From NCBI GenBank assembly GCA_964651255.1, contig CAZYWU010000002.1:16038-80037 (forward strand): a stretch of DNA of 64,000 nucleotides. Reading direction: 5' to 3'. This stretch comes from an uncultured Anaerolineales bacterium (GTDB lineage: Bacteria; Chloroflexota; Anaerolineae; UBA1429). Below are positions 20,520-30,999 of the stretch, one piece after another. Made by a program: the position numbers and the translations under genes. The notes under the pieces are model-generated. The model searched no databases. It was not told where the DNA came from and saw only the letters and a list, made by a program, of their open reading frames with translations. The number at the start of each line of letters is the position of its first letter. The stretch's first letter is position 1.

Positions 20520-21857
20520 ATGCCCATGCAGATGAATGCCGATATGCCGTCCCCCGCGCCTTTTGGGGAAACCAGACCATACACCTCTCGCCTGAGCGGC
20601 CTGCATCGCATGCCACGTGAGGAGCGCATTGCTCTCGTGGCCTCACTGGCTGGCCTGGACGCGGCCGAGATTGCCGCTATGACTGGTCAGGGCGCTGATG
20701 CGCTTGACAGGGCAAACGCATCAATCGAGAACGCGCTTGGGGTTGTTGGGCTACCGCTGGGCATTGGCACAAACCTCATCGTGAATGGTCGCGACGTCCT
20801 GGTGCCCATGGCCATAGAGGAACCGTCGGTAGTTGCGGCGCTCTCCAACGGCGCACTGTTGGTCCGTGAAGCCGGTGGCGTTCAGGCCAGCGCGGATGCC
20901 TCGGAGATGATCGGGCAGATCCAGATCTATGACCTGGATGATCCCGTGGCGGCCCGGGCACGCCTTATGGAGCACCGGGACGCGTTGCTGGCGCTGGCCA
21001 ACGGGACGATGCCAGGCATGGTCTCACGGGGCGGAGGGGCGCGAGACCTCCAGGTACGGTTGATCGACACAGCCATGGGCACCATGCTGGTGATCCATTT
21101 GACGGTAGACGTATGCGATGCTATGGGTGCAAACGTGGTCAACAGCGCCGCCGAAGCACTGGCACCAGCCTGTGAGCGTCTGACAGGAGGCCATGTTGGC
21201 CTGCGGGTGCTGAGCAATCTGGCGACACAGCGTCTGGCACGGGCGACATGCCGGGTGCCCGCTACGCGACTCGCTTCAGATGGCCTGGAAGCAGAGCAGG
21301 CCGCACGCGCTATTCTGGCGGCACAGGCGCTGGCGGCCGCCGATCCGTACCGCGCTGCGACCCACAACAAGGGCATTATGAACGGCATCGACGCTGTGGC
21401 CCTCGCCACCGGCAACGACTGGCGCGCGATAGAGGCGGGAGCCCACGCCTGGGCAGCACGCAGCGGTTCCTACAAGCCGCTGTCCACCTGGACCCGCGGT
21501 CCCGATGGGGATCTGGTGGGCAGTATCGTGTTGCCCCTGGCGGTTGGCACGCAGGGCGGCGCCACCCGTGCTCACGCCGTGGCGCCGGTGGCCCTCAAAA
21601 TCATGCGCGTGCACCGTGCTCAAGAGCTTGCGGAGATCATGGCTGCGGTGGGCCTGGTCCAGAACCTGGCCGCCCTCAGGGCCCTCACCACGGAGGGCAT
21701 CCAACGGGGACATATGCGTTTGCATGCGCGTCAGGTCGCCCTGGCCGCGGGCGCCCAGGGCCCAGAGGCAAACGACCTAGCGGAGCGCTTGATCGCAGGC
21801 GGTGCTATATCGCTCTCCAGAGCGCAGGCACTGTTGAAGGAGCTGCGCGGAGAATGA
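20520..21857 (+). CDS. mvaA: Hydroxymethylglutaryl-CoA reductase, class II
   Basis: Colinear with Pseudomonas mevalonii HMGR: NGRDVLVPMAIEEPSVVAA, DAMGANVVN, ATHNKGIMNGIDAVALATGNDWRA, TEGIQRGHMRLHAR. Start may be the internal ATG at 20544. Confidence 0.9.
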   Translation: MPMQMNADMPSPAPFGETRPYTSRLSGLHRMPREERIALVASLAGLDAAEIAAMTGQGADALDRANASIENALGVVGLPLGIGTNLIVNGRDVLVPMAIEEPSVVAALSNGALLVREAGGVQASADASEMIGQIQIYDLDDPVAARARLMEHRDALLALANGTMPGMVSRGGGARDLQVRLIDTAMGTMLVIHLTVDVCDAMGANVVNSAAEALAPACERLTGGHVGLRVLSNLATQRLARATCRVPATRLASDGLEAEQAARAILAAQALAAADPYRAATHNKGIMNGIDAVALATGNDWRAIEAGAHAWAARSGSYKPLSTWTRGPDGDLVGSIVLPLAVGTQGGATRAHAVAPVALKIMRVHRAQELAEIMAAVGLVQNLAALRALTTEGIQRGHMRLHARQVALAAGAQGPEANDLAERLIAGGAISLSRAQALLKELRGE

Positions 21858-21909
21858 CCGGTTGCTTGCGGCAATCACCAGATAGATACGCCACGCACTG
21901 GGAGGCACC

Positions 21910-22959
21910 ATGCTGATGCGGCCTCACCTCCAAGTCGGCATTGCTGGCTATGGCGCCTATGTGCCGCGATACCGCCTCCCTGCCTCAGAGGTCAACCGCG
22001 TCTGGCACGATGGTCAGGACGCAACGCCGATCACAGAGAAATCGGTTCCCGGGCCAGATGAGGATACGGTCACCATGTCCATCGAGGCCGCACGCAATGC
22101 CCTCGCGCGGGCCGCCATCGATCCCGCATTGATTGGCGCCGTCTGGGTTGGGAGCGAATCACATCCCTATGCCGTCAAACCCACCTCGACCATCGTCGCG
22201 CAGGCCATCGGGGCGGTACCCAACACGCTGGGCGCAGACTGGCAGTTTGCCTGCAAAGCGGGCACGGAGGCGCTGCAGGCCGCCGTGGCGCTGGTGGGTT
22301 CCGGGATGGCGCCCTACGCGCTCGCCATTGGCATGGACACAGCCCAGGGACGCCCGGGTGATGCCCTGGAGTACACCGCCGCTGCCGGCGGGGCTGCCTA
22401 TATTCTCGCCCCAGCGAACTGCAGCATCGCCATCCTGGAGGGATCCACCTCTTACGTGAGCGAGACGCCCGACTTTTGGCGCCGACCCGGGGCGCAGTAT
22501 CCGGAGCACGCCGGACGGTTTACCGGCGAGCCGGCCTACTTTGAGCATGTAGAGGCCTCGACCCGCGCGCTGCTCAATTCGCTGGGATACGAGGCGTCGG
22601 ATTTCGCCCACGCTGTTTTCCATCAGCCCAACACGCGATTCCCCGCCCGTGCGGCTCGCGAGCTGGGCTTTGGCAGCGAGCAGATACGCGCAGGGATGCT
22701 GGTTGACCGCATTGGCAACGCCTATGCAGGATCGTCTATGCTCGGCCTGAGCGCCGTCCTGGATGTTGCCGCTGCCGGCGAGCGCATCCTGCAGGTGTCC
22801 TTCGGATCCGGAGCGGGCAGTGACGCATTTGTGTGGCGAGTTACGCACAGGATCGATGAGCGCAGGTGCCAGGCACCCACCACTGAAGCATACATTCAGC
22901 GGCGCAAAGAGATCGACTATGCCACCTATGTTCGCTACCGTGGCAAACTCAGTAGCTAG
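21910..22959 (+). CDS. Hydroxymethylglutaryl-CoA synthase, archaeal-type
   Basis: VGIAGYGAYVPRYRL...GSESHPYAVKP...ACKAGTEAL condensing-enzyme motifs; sits between HMGR and thiolase. Confidence 0.85.
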   Translation: MLMRPHLQVGIAGYGAYVPRYRLPASEVNRVWHDGQDATPITEKSVPGPDEDTVTMSIEAARNALARAAIDPALIGAVWVGSESHPYAVKPTSTIVAQAIGAVPNTLGADWQFACKAGTEALQAAVALVGSGMAPYALAIGMDTAQGRPGDALEYTAAAGGAAYILAPANCSIAILEGSTSYVSETPDFWRRPGAQYPEHAGRFTGEPAYFEHVEASTRALLNSLGYEASDFAHAVFHQPNTRFPARAARELGFGSEQIRAGMLVDRIGNAYAGSSMLGLSAVLDVAAAGERILQVSFGSGAGSDAFVWRVTHRIDERRCQAPTTEAYIQRRKEIDYATYVRYRGKLSS

Positions 22960-22971
22960 AGGAAGGCATCT

Positions 22972-24132
22972 GTGAGAGAAGTGGCGATCCTGGGCATCGG
23001 CCAGACTCCCGTGGATGAGCACTGGGAGTCCAGCCTGCGCGATCTTGGGTACCAGGCCCTGCAGGCGGCGCTGGACGATGCCCGCGTAGCGGCGCCACAG
23101 ATGCTCATCGTCGGGAACATGCTCTCGGGCGCCCTGGCGAGTCAGGAGAACCTCGGTGCCCTGATAGCGGACTATGCCGGCCATCGCGGTATTGAAGCCC
23201 TCAAGGTTGAAGCCGCCTGCGCCAGCGGAGCAGCCGCCGTACGCCTGGCGACTATGGCAGTGGCTGGCGGGGCCTGTGACATCGCGGTAGCGCTGGGCGT
23301 CGAGAAGATGACCGATGGCCGCGCTGAGCAGGCGACAGCGGCACTGGCCTATGCCGCCGATGCCGAGTACGAGGCCGAGCAGGGGCTGTCTTTCGTCGCG
23401 CTCAATGCCCTGATGATGCGGCGCTATATGCACGAGTACGGTTTCCAGCACAGCGATTTTGCCGGGTTCGCCATCAACTCGCACCACAATGCGAGCACCA
23501 ACCCGTACGCGATGTACCCGCATGAAATCACCCTGCGGCAGTTCGAGAGCGCCCGAGCTGTTGCAGAGCCGATTACGCTGCTGGACTCGTCGGGCATCGG
23601 CGACGGCGCCGCCGCAGTGGTCCTGGTGCCTCTCGATCTTGCCCGGCAAGTAGCGACCCACCCTGTCGTCCGCATTGCGGCGTCAGCATCGGCGACCGAC
23701 TCGGTGGCGCTGCACGATCGCCGTGATCCGCTGTTTCTCCAGGCCGCCTTTGTGTCGTCTCAGCGGGCATTTGCTCAATCGGGCACAACGCCAGAGGACA
23801 TCGACTTTTTCGAGTTGCACGACGCCTTTACGATTATGTCGACACTTTCACTGGAGGCCTGCGGCTTCGCCCCTCGCGGCCGCGGCATCACGCTGGCGAT
23901 GGAGGGCCACATCACGCGGCAGGGCCGCCTGCCCATCTGCACACTGGGTGGCCTCAAGGCGCGCGGGCATCCCGTGGGCGCTACCGGTGTCTATCAGATC
24001 GTCGAGGCGGTACAGCAGCTTCGCGGCACCGCCGGCGCGAATCAGCTACCCGGCGCCCGCCTGGGAATGACCCAGAACATCGGCGGCAGCGGCGCCAACG
24101 TCATCACGCACATACTTGAGCGAACGAACTGA
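22972..24132 (+). CDS. Thiolase (acetyl-CoA acetyltransferase), archaeal-type, DUF35-associated
   Basis: VAILGIGQTPVDEHWE...EAACASGAAAV (active-site Cys)...CTLGGLKARGHPVGATG. GTG start with GAGGAAGG RBS. Confidence 0.85.
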   Translation: MREVAILGIGQTPVDEHWESSLRDLGYQALQAALDDARVAAPQMLIVGNMLSGALASQENLGALIADYAGHRGIEALKVEAACASGAAAVRLATMAVAGGACDIAVALGVEKMTDGRAEQATAALAYAADAEYEAEQGLSFVALNALMMRRYMHEYGFQHSDFAGFAINSHHNASTNPYAMYPHEITLRQFESARAVAEPITLLDSSGIGDGAAAVVLVPLDLARQVATHPVVRIAASASATDSVALHDRRDPLFLQAAFVSSQRAFAQSGTTPEDIDFFELHDAFTIMSTLSLEACGFAPRGRGITLAMEGHITRQGRLPICTLGGLKARGHPVGATGVYQIVEAVQQLRGTAGANQLPGARLGMTQNIGGSGANVITHILERTN

Positions 24133-24150
24133 GTACAGGAGGTATCCGAC

Positions 24151-24558
24151 ATGACTGGTCCATCACAGTGGCGTAGACGGCAGCAGCGACTTGCTATGGT
24201 TGGCGAGGTCTGCCCTCATTGCTCTGCCAAGCTGTTCCCGCCCCGAGACGTCTGCCCGTATTGCGGCGGGCCTGCCAGGATCAGCTATGCCATGAGCGGT
24301 CGCGGGACAGTCTACTCCTATTCGCGCGTGATGGCGGCTCCAGAGGGCTTTGACAGCGGCGCTCCATATTATGTCGCCCTGGTCGCGCTCGATGAGGGTC
24401 CCCTGATTACCGCACAACTCACCGACATAGACCCGGACGATGTCCGCATCGGTCTTCCCGTAGAGATGGTCACGCGCGTCATGCGTCAGGACGGCGACCG
24501 CGGTCTGATCGACTATAGCTTTAAATTCCGCCCGATCCTGGAGCGTGTGGCAGGTTAG
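24151..24558 (+). CDS. DUF35 OB-fold/Zn-ribbon protein (scaffold of the thiolase/HMGCS complex)
   Basis: CPHCSAKLFPPRDVCPYCGG rubredoxin-like Zn ribbon followed by an OB fold; canonical position after the thiolase. Confidence 0.8.
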   Translation: MTGPSQWRRRQQRLAMVGEVCPHCSAKLFPPRDVCPYCGGPARISYAMSGRGTVYSYSRVMAAPEGFDSGAPYYVALVALDEGPLITAQLTDIDPDDVRIGLPVEMVTRVMRQDGDRGLIDYSFKFRPILERVAG

Positions 24559-24606
24559 GCTTTGCACGCAGCCCGACCCGCAGCCATCTGGCGGCAGCAG
24601 TATCCA

Positions 24607-24645
24607 TTGCGCGCGTTCCCACGAAAAGTATAATGGGAACGCGCG
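24607..24645 (+). promoter_or_regulatory. Promoter (TTGCGC-16-TATAAT) overlapped by a perfect 12-bp inverted repeat CGCGCGTTCCCA-N12-TGGGAACGCGCG (candidate operator)
   Basis: IR arms at ~24610-24621 and 24634-24645; the TATAAT lies in the spacer/right arm, 30 nt upstream of the uxuA-like ATG. Confidence 0.45.
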
Positions 24646-24666
24646 TGATTATTAGAGGAGCCTGCC

Positions 24667-25725
24667 ATGTCTGAACCAATCGATCAGCATTCAAGCCTGC
24701 TCTATGCCCTGCAGACCATCCCAGGTTACTATAGCTCTCAGCCCGGCATTCAGCTCGGCAGCCAGTTCTCTTGGGACGCAACCGACGACGACCTCACCTT
24801 TGCCCGCCAGCTGGGCATCGAATGGGCGATGGTGAACGTCGACGATCCCGAGTTGCACAGTGCAGAGGGCTATCGCGCCATCAGGTCTCGTTTTGAGGCT
24901 GCGGGCCTGCGCATCTACCGGCTGGCCAACCCTTGCTGTCACAATATGACGTCGGTCACGCTCGGACTGCCCGACAGGGATGAGCGGATCGCAGAATATC
25001 TCCAGTACATCCGGAACCTGGGCACCGCCGGTATCCACTACTCGACGTATGCCCACATGGCCAACGGCATCTGGAGCTCAGGGCGAGAGACCATACGGGG
25101 CGGCGCAGTGTCCCGTTGCTTTCACATCGATCAACCGCACACAGGCCGCTGGATGGGCGAGACCTTTGAGGGCCCTCTGACACATGGCCGTGAGTACACC
25201 GAAGACGAGCTGTGGGATAACTATGCCTACTTTATCCGACAGGTGGTGCCCGTGGCCGAAGAGGCCGGCGTGCGCATCGGCATCCACCCGGACGATCCGC
25301 CAGTATACCCGTTGGGCGGCATCCCCCGTGCAATCTTTGGCTCCTTTGAGGGCTACCGTCGGGCGATTGAGATGGCTGCCAGCCCGAATATCGGCGTCTG
25401 CCTCTGTGTCGGATGCTGGCTGGAAGGCGGAGCTGCCATGGGCAAGGGTGTCGTCGAGACCATCCACTATTTTGGCTCGCGCCGCAAGCTGTTCAAGGTC
25501 CATCTTCGCAACGTCACGGCACCGATGCCGGAGGGCTTTGCAGAAACCTATATGGACGCCGGCTACATGGACCTCTTGGAGGTCATCTCAGCGCTCCACG
25601 CGGTGAAATTCGACGGCGCGATCATCTCAGATCATCTACCCACCATGGTGGGCGGCCGGCGTGCCGCAGAGGCATACCACATCGGCTACATGCGCGGACT
25701 GGTGAACGCGGTTCAGCGGGGCTGA
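24667..25725 (+). CDS. Mannonate dehydratase (UxuA)-like, xylose-isomerase-like TIM barrel
   Basis: ~350 aa, GIHPDDPP and C-terminal ISDHLPTM...IGYMRGL resembling the UxuA family RPDHG region; assignment from recall, not alignment. Confidence 0.55.
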   Translation: MSEPIDQHSSLLYALQTIPGYYSSQPGIQLGSQFSWDATDDDLTFARQLGIEWAMVNVDDPELHSAEGYRAIRSRFEAAGLRIYRLANPCCHNMTSVTLGLPDRDERIAEYLQYIRNLGTAGIHYSTYAHMANGIWSSGRETIRGGAVSRCFHIDQPHTGRWMGETFEGPLTHGREYTEDELWDNYAYFIRQVVPVAEEAGVRIGIHPDDPPVYPLGGIPRAIFGSFEGYRRAIEMAASPNIGVCLCVGCWLEGGAAMGKGVVETIHYFGSRRKLFKVHLRNVTAPMPEGFAETYMDAGYMDLLEVISALHAVKFDGAIISDHLPTMVGGRRAAEAYHIGYMRGLVNAVQRG

Positions 25726-25778
25726 CCGCAAGACGACGATAGGGCACACGGTCCGCGGTGCGTCACCAGACAAGACAC

Positions 25779-25807
25779 TTGCCCCTGTCCGGTGGCACCA
25801 TTATAAT
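25779..25807 (+). promoter_or_regulatory. Sigma70-like promoter (TTGCCC-17-TATAAT) for guaA
   Basis: Hexamers seen ~10 nt upstream of the 25816 ATG; start or transcript architecture uncertain. Confidence 0.4.
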
Positions 25808-25815
25808 GGGCTCGT

Positions 25816-27417
25816 GTGAGAGCAATGATCCAGTCACCTGAGGGATACCATACGCTTATGCCCACCCCTGGCGCCACCCGCACGACGATTGTGGTCCTCG
25901 ACTATGGCTCCCAGTACAGCCAGCTTATCGTGCGTCGGGTGCGCGAGTGCCACGTTTATGCTGAGATGTTGCCCTGGGACGCGAGCGAGAGCGATATCGA
26001 TCGCCTCAACCCCGCCGGAATCATCCTGTCCGGGGGACCCAACAGCGTCTATGATGCTGGTGCGCCTTATCTGTGCGAGCATGTTCTCAAGCGCGGCATC
26101 CCCGTGCTGGGACTGTGCTACGGCATGCAGCTGATGGCGCACCAGATGCAGGGACGCGTCGCACCGGCAGTTCACCGCGAGTATGGCCTGGCTCAAGTCC
26201 AGATAACCGACCCGTCTAGCGCCCTGTTCCACGGCCTGCCCGAGACCCAGCAGGTCTGGATGAGCCACGGCGACCGCATTGATGCTCTGCCAGAGGGCTT
26301 TGTGTCAGTCGCTCGTTCAGACAATTCGCCCTATGCGGCCATCGAGAACCGTCAGCGTAAACTCTACGGTGTGCAGTTCCACCCGGAAGTTGTCCATACG
26401 GAGCATGGCGCCGCGATCCTCAGCAATTTCGTGCTGAGGATCTGTGGCTGCGCGCCCGATTGGACTCCTGGCTCAATCATACACGACTCGATACGCAGCA
26501 TCCGTGAGACCGTTGGCGCAGGCCGGGTGATCTGCGGCCTCTCCGGAGGGGTCGATTCCACTGTAGTCGCCACGCTGGTCCACCGCGCAGTTGGTGACCA
26601 GCTGACCGCAGTCTTTGTGAATACGGGGCTCCTGCGCCAGAATGAGGCGGAGGAAACCGTCGTTCGTTTTCGCCAGCTTCTCGGCGACAGGCTGCAATAT
26701 GTCGACGCCTCTGAGGTGTTTCTCGACGCACTCGCCGGAGTCACTGACCCGGAACGCAAACGCGTCATCATCGGGAATACCTTTATCGACATCTTTGAGC
26801 AAGAGGCCGCGCGGCTGGGCAAGGTCGACTTTCTGGCACAGGGCACACTATACCCGGACGTTATAGAGAGTGCGGGGGGAACCGGCAACGCTGCCGCGAG
26901 GATCAAAACCCACCACAATGTCGGCGGGCTCCCTGAGCGGATGCGCATGAAATTGATTGAGCCTCTGCGCTACCTCTTTAAGGATGAAGTGCGTGCCGTT
27001 GGCCTCGAACTGGGATTGCCTCCCGATCTGGTCTACCGGCCGCCCTTCCCCGGCCCGGGCCTGGCCGTCCGTATCGTGGGCGAGGTCAACTTTGAGCGGG
27101 TCGCCACGCTGCAGGCGGCAGATGCCATTGTGCGGCAGGAGATCGAGTCGGCCGGCCTGGGTCGTGACGTCTGGCAGTACTTTGCGGTCCTGACCCCTCT
27201 CCAGACTGTGGGCGTGATGGGTGACAACCGTACCTATGCCAATGTGGTAGCGGTACGTGCCGTGACCAGTGTGGATGGCATGACTGCAGACTGGGCACGC
27301 CTGCCCTATGACGTGCTCGCCCGCATCTCCAGTAGAATCGTCAATCAGGTGCCCGGAGTCAACCGTGTAGTGTATGACATCAGCAGCAAGCCTCCCGCCA
27401 CCATCGAATGGGAATAG
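25816..27417 (+). CDS. guaA: GMP synthase (glutamine-hydrolysing)
   Basis: GATase-1 domain ([24 protein letters not shown]) plus ATP-PPase SGGVDSTV and C-terminal dimerisation domain ending IEWE. Confidence 0.95.
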   Translation: MRAMIQSPEGYHTLMPTPGATRTTIVVLDYGSQYSQLIVRRVRECHVYAEMLPWDASESDIDRLNPAGIILSGGPNSVYDAGAPYLCEHVLKRGIPVLGLCYGMQLMAHQMQGRVAPAVHREYGLAQVQITDPSSALFHGLPETQQVWMSHGDRIDALPEGFVSVARSDNSPYAAIENRQRKLYGVQFHPEVVHTEHGAAILSNFVLRICGCAPDWTPGSIIHDSIRSIRETVGAGRVICGLSGGVDSTVVATLVHRAVGDQLTAVFVNTGLLRQNEAEETVVRFRQLLGDRLQYVDASEVFLDALAGVTDPERKRVIIGNTFIDIFEQEAARLGKVDFLAQGTLYPDVIESAGGTGNAAARIKTHHNVGGLPERMRMKLIEPLRYLFKDEVRAVGLELGLPPDLVYRPPFPGPGLAVRIVGEVNFERVATLQAADAIVRQEIESAGLGRDVWQYFAVLTPLQTVGVMGDNRTYANVVAVRAVTSVDGMTADWARLPYDVLARISSRIVNQVPGVNRVVYDISSKPPATIEWE

Positions 27418-27445
27418 TGCGCGGTTCTTTCGGAGGGGAAACAGC

Positions 27446-29911
27446 ATGCCCTTGAGTTTCGTTGGTAGAGCCGGCGGAGAGTTGGATGGGCCGCGTGTCG
27501 AGCGTGTCTCAATGCATCAGGGGGCGCTTCAAGTAGACCCCCCGGCCGTGCGTGCGTTCACGCCACCCTCCCGACGGGTCGCAGAATCACGGGGACAGCT
27601 GTACATCCTGTTAGCCACGGCCACGTCAGAGTATCTGCCTCCTGCGCTCACCAGCGAGTTGATGGCGCTCATCGGAGAGACCTACTACCAGCTCTCCGGT
27701 AGCATCACCCGCGGACTGCGCGGTGCACTCCTGGCGGCCAACGAACGTCTCTTTGAGCACAACCTCCGCGCCGATCCATCGCTGCGGTCTCTGGCGGGGG
27801 CTGTATGCGCCGTCACGCGCCAGGAAGACCTGTATATCGCGCAGATGGGTCCAGCTGTAGCCATCGTGGGTCGCGGCATGGACGCCCGCCGCTATCCGGA
27901 CCGTTCCGCATGGGTTGCCATGGAACAACCCGTCGGTGTCGACCTGGACCGCGAGCCGCCACTTGGGCTCCGCAAAGAGGTTGAACCAAGCCTGTTCCAT
28001 GCCAGCTACCGTGCCGATGACCTGCTTGTCCTGGCTTCGGCAGACATTGTTCGCGAGGCCAGCGAAGGCGAGATCGCAGCCGCCAGCATGCGTACAGCGT
28101 ATGACGATCTCACGGACGCATTGAAGGACCTGGCCAACGGGCGTGATTTCTCGCTGCTCCTGGTGCGACCGGCGCGGCAGGTGGCGGTTATCGAGCCGCA
28201 AACCCCTCTTATCACAACGCCCGGGCCTCGCGCATCGGAGATGGCGAGCAGGTTGACAGCATCGCCAAACATCGATGAGAGCAGCGGATTCGGTCGTGCC
28301 CCGAACCGGGAGCTCCCACAGGACCCGTTCGAGACGCCAGAAGTCATTCGGCTGGATCGCCAGACACCCTCGCCGTCGCACACAGGGGCAGCGTCGGTTA
28401 GCCACCCACCGATCGAGGACACCGAGCACAGCGACGATGCCTATGCCGATACGCTGTACGTGGAGGAGCCAGAGTCGCCCATCTCCAGCCTCGAGCTGGC
28501 AGACGAGGACCTGGAGCCCGTCGAGACATGGGACGATGACGGCATGGAGATCATCCATACCGCTCGCCCCGCCATTGATGTGAGCCAGATAACGGACGCA
28601 GTTGCAGAGCGAGCCCGCAAGTTACGAGATGGCACCGAGAAAGTGCTCCTCGGAGTGCTCCCCAAGGAGATACCGCCGCGTCCGATCGTTAGCGAACGTA
28701 CCGGGATCTCCGTAGGCGGCAAGGCGCTTGTGGCCATCGCCATGATCATTCCCCTGATCGTGCTCTTTACCGTCGTCATGGCGCGAGTACAGTACGACCG
28801 CGCCAGATCGGCTCAGTATTCGAACGCGATCAACCAGGCGCAGTATCTCTATGACCTCGCCGTCCGGCAGGAAGATCTTCAGCTCAAGCGCGACGACCTC
28901 TATCGTGCACTGACGGTGATCGACCAGGGTCTGGCACTCTCGCCTGAGAATGCCGATCTGCAGGATCTGCGACGGCGCGCACAGCACCAGATCGACCAGG
29001 TGGAAGGCGTGGTGCCGATCTATAACTTTGCCAAGTTGTACTATTTCGAGGATGGCCCGACATCACCCACAGACTCGTCACGCATCGCCGTACACGACAA
29101 AGATGTGTTGGTCCTGAACCGCGGCAGCGATCGCGTTTACCGGTTCTATCTTAACGACGTTGGGGATGCTCTGCAGCCAGTCGAGGCCAACCCGGTGATC
29201 GTCAGGAAGGGTGACGTCCTCGATGGGGAGACCGTGACCGATCTCATTGATCTCAACTATATGGCCAGTGAAGGCAGCCAGTCGCTGCCGCGGTTCATCG
29301 TCCTGGACCGTTCGGGCCGGCTGCTCAGCTACGACGCGCATCGGGGCATGCGATCGCAGCCTGTCGGCAATGCGGACCTCTGGCTCAGCCCCCAGGCCAT
29401 CGGCAGCTTTTTTGGCAATCTGTACGTCCTCGATCCCCTCCTGGGACGCCTGTTCAAATATCTGCCCTCGAACAACGAATACGTCAAACCACCGCTGGAC
29501 TATTTCGATGCCGCGCTGGGCGTCGATCTCACGGGCGCCGTCGATATGGCCATAGACTCGAACGTGTACATTCTCTTTGCCGACGGAACCATCAAGAAAT
29601 TCAACAACGGGCAACAGGTGGACTTTGGCATGCGCGGCTTTTACGGCACCATGCGCAGCCCCGTCGCTATCTTTGTCAGCGGCGGTCCATCAGAGGAAGC
29701 CCCGGGATATGTCTATGTCGCCGACGCCGGCAATGACCGCGTCCTACAGTTTACAAAGGACGGCGATTTCGTCCGACAGTTCCGGGCGACCGAGAGCGAG
29801 CCCTACATGGATAACTTGCGGGGGTTGTACGTAGACGAAGCAGAGCGCCGTATGTACCTCGTCAGCGGGCAGCACTTTGTGCTCTGCACGCTGCCCGTGA
29901 CGAGCCAGTGA
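27446..29911 (+). CDS. Single-pass membrane protein: N-terminal cytoplasmic PP2C-like/unknown domain, TM helix, C-terminal NHL-repeat beta-propeller
   Basis: TM helix ALVAIAMIIPLIVLFTVVMA mid-protein; C-terminal YVYVADAGNDRVLQFTKDGDFVRQF NHL-type repeats. GGAGGGGAA RBS before the ATG at 27446. Confidence 0.6.
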   Translation: MPLSFVGRAGGELDGPRVERVSMHQGALQVDPPAVRAFTPPSRRVAESRGQLYILLATATSEYLPPALTSELMALIGETYYQLSGSITRGLRGALLAANERLFEHNLRADPSLRSLAGAVCAVTRQEDLYIAQMGPAVAIVGRGMDARRYPDRSAWVAMEQPVGVDLDREPPLGLRKEVEPSLFHASYRADDLLVLASADIVREASEGEIAAASMRTAYDDLTDALKDLANGRDFSLLLVRPARQVAVIEPQTPLITTPGPRASEMASRLTASPNIDESSGFGRAPNRELPQDPFETPEVIRLDRQTPSPSHTGAASVSHPPIEDTEHSDDAYADTLYVEEPESPISSLELADEDLEPVETWDDDGMEIIHTARPAIDVSQITDAVAERARKLRDGTEKVLLGVLPKEIPPRPIVSERTGISVGGKALVAIAMIIPLIVLFTVVMARVQYDRARSAQYSNAINQAQYLYDLAVRQEDLQLKRDDLYRALTVIDQGLALSPENADLQDLRRRAQHQIDQVEGVVPIYNFAKLYYFEDGPTSPTDSSRIAVHDKDVLVLNRGSDRVYRFYLNDVGDALQPVEANPVIVRKGDVLDGETVTDLIDLNYMASEGSQSLPRFIVLDRSGRLLSYDAHRGMRSQPVGNADLWLSPQAIGSFFGNLYVLDPLLGRLFKYLPSNNEYVKPPLDYFDAALGVDLTGAVDMAIDSNVYILFADGTIKKFNNGQQVDFGMRGFYGTMRSPVAIFVSGGPSEEAPGYVYVADAGNDRVLQFTKDGDFVRQFRATESEPYMDNLRGLYVDEAERRMYLVSGQHFVLCTLPVTSQ

Positions 29912-29924
29912 GAGGCGACGGGAC

Positions 29925-30995
29925 ATGACCCACATCCTCGCAATCGAGACATCCTGCGATGAAACCTCAGCGGCCATTGTGCAGGATGGCCGTCACGTGT
30001 TGTCTTGCACGGTGGCATCGCAGGTCCAGCTGCACCGGCAATATGGTGGTGTGTTTCCAGAGATGGCCTCACGTGAGCATATTCTGGCGATTACGCCAAC
30101 CGTCCGCGAGACAATGGAGCAATCCGGCCTGGACTGGTCCGATCTCGCCGCCATCGCCACAGTCAACGGCCCCGGGCTGGCGGGCTCACTGCTCGTGGGT
30201 GTGAACTTTGCCAAGGCCCTCTCCGCGGCCACAGGGGTCCCCCTCCTGGGCATCAACCATATGGAGGGACACATCTATGCCAATTGGCTGCGCTATGACG
30301 GTGGTCCGGAGACTGACCCGCCTTTTCCCCTCATCTGCCTGATCGTATCCGGAGGGCACACCGAACTGGTCTTGATGCGTGATCATCTGCGGTATGAACG
30401 CCTGGGCGGCACCATCGATGACGCGGCCGGCGAGGCCTTTGATAAGGTGGCCCGCCTGCTCGGCCTCAGTTACCCCGGCGGGCCGTCCATCGAGCGCGCG
30501 GCAAAGGACGGCGATCGTGCTGCCTTTGATTTTCCGCGCGCCCTGAGCGTGGGGGCCTATGACTTTTCCTTTAGCGGCCTCAAGACTGCCGTGTTGCGCG
30601 TCGTTCAGGATCTGAAGCGCGAGCAGGGCATTGAAGTGCCGGAGCGTGGGGTGAAACTGGCTAATGCCGGCGTGGCCGAAACGGAGGGCGCGCTGCCAGT
30701 TGCTGACCTGGCGGCCAGCTTTCAGGAGGCGCTCGTCGATGCGCTTGTGAGCAAGACACTCCGCGCCCTCAGCGATCACAATGCAGTGCAACTGCTCGTC
30801 GCAGGAGGTGTTGCGGCGAACGGGCGACTTCGCCAGGAGCTTGAGCTGCGCGTTCAGGTTCCCGTAAGGTATCCGCCGATCCGCTACTGCACTGACAACG
30901 CTGCCATGATGGGAGCCGCCGCTTACTATCGCTATCTCGCCGGCGACCGCGCAACCCTGGCTCTCGATGTTCGACCGGGACTCGCGCTGGTATAG
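29925..30995 (+). CDS. tsaD: tRNA N6-adenosine threonylcarbamoyltransferase
   Basis: MTHILAIETSCDETSAAIV, HMEGHIYAN, SGGHTELV Kae1/TsaD signature. Confidence 0.95.
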   Translation: MTHILAIETSCDETSAAIVQDGRHVLSCTVASQVQLHRQYGGVFPEMASREHILAITPTVRETMEQSGLDWSDLAAIATVNGPGLAGSLLVGVNFAKALSAATGVPLLGINHMEGHIYANWLRYDGGPETDPPFPLICLIVSGGHTELVLMRDHLRYERLGGTIDDAAGEAFDKVARLLGLSYPGGPSIERAAKDGDRAAFDFPRALSVGAYDFSFSGLKTAVLRVVQDLKREQGIEVPERGVKLANAGVAETEGALPVADLAASFQEALVDALVSKTLRALSDHNAVQLLVAGGVAANGRLRQELELRVQVPVRYPPIRYCTDNAAMMGAAAYYRYLAGDRATLALDVRPGLALV

Positions 30996-30999
30996 AGAA

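Noticed and set aside
27374-27445. Upstream extension of the NHL-membrane-protein ORF overlapping the guaA 3' end
   Set aside because: guaA is conserved to its C-terminal IEWE end; the ATG at 27446 has a GGAGGGG RBS; the extension is a frame artefact.
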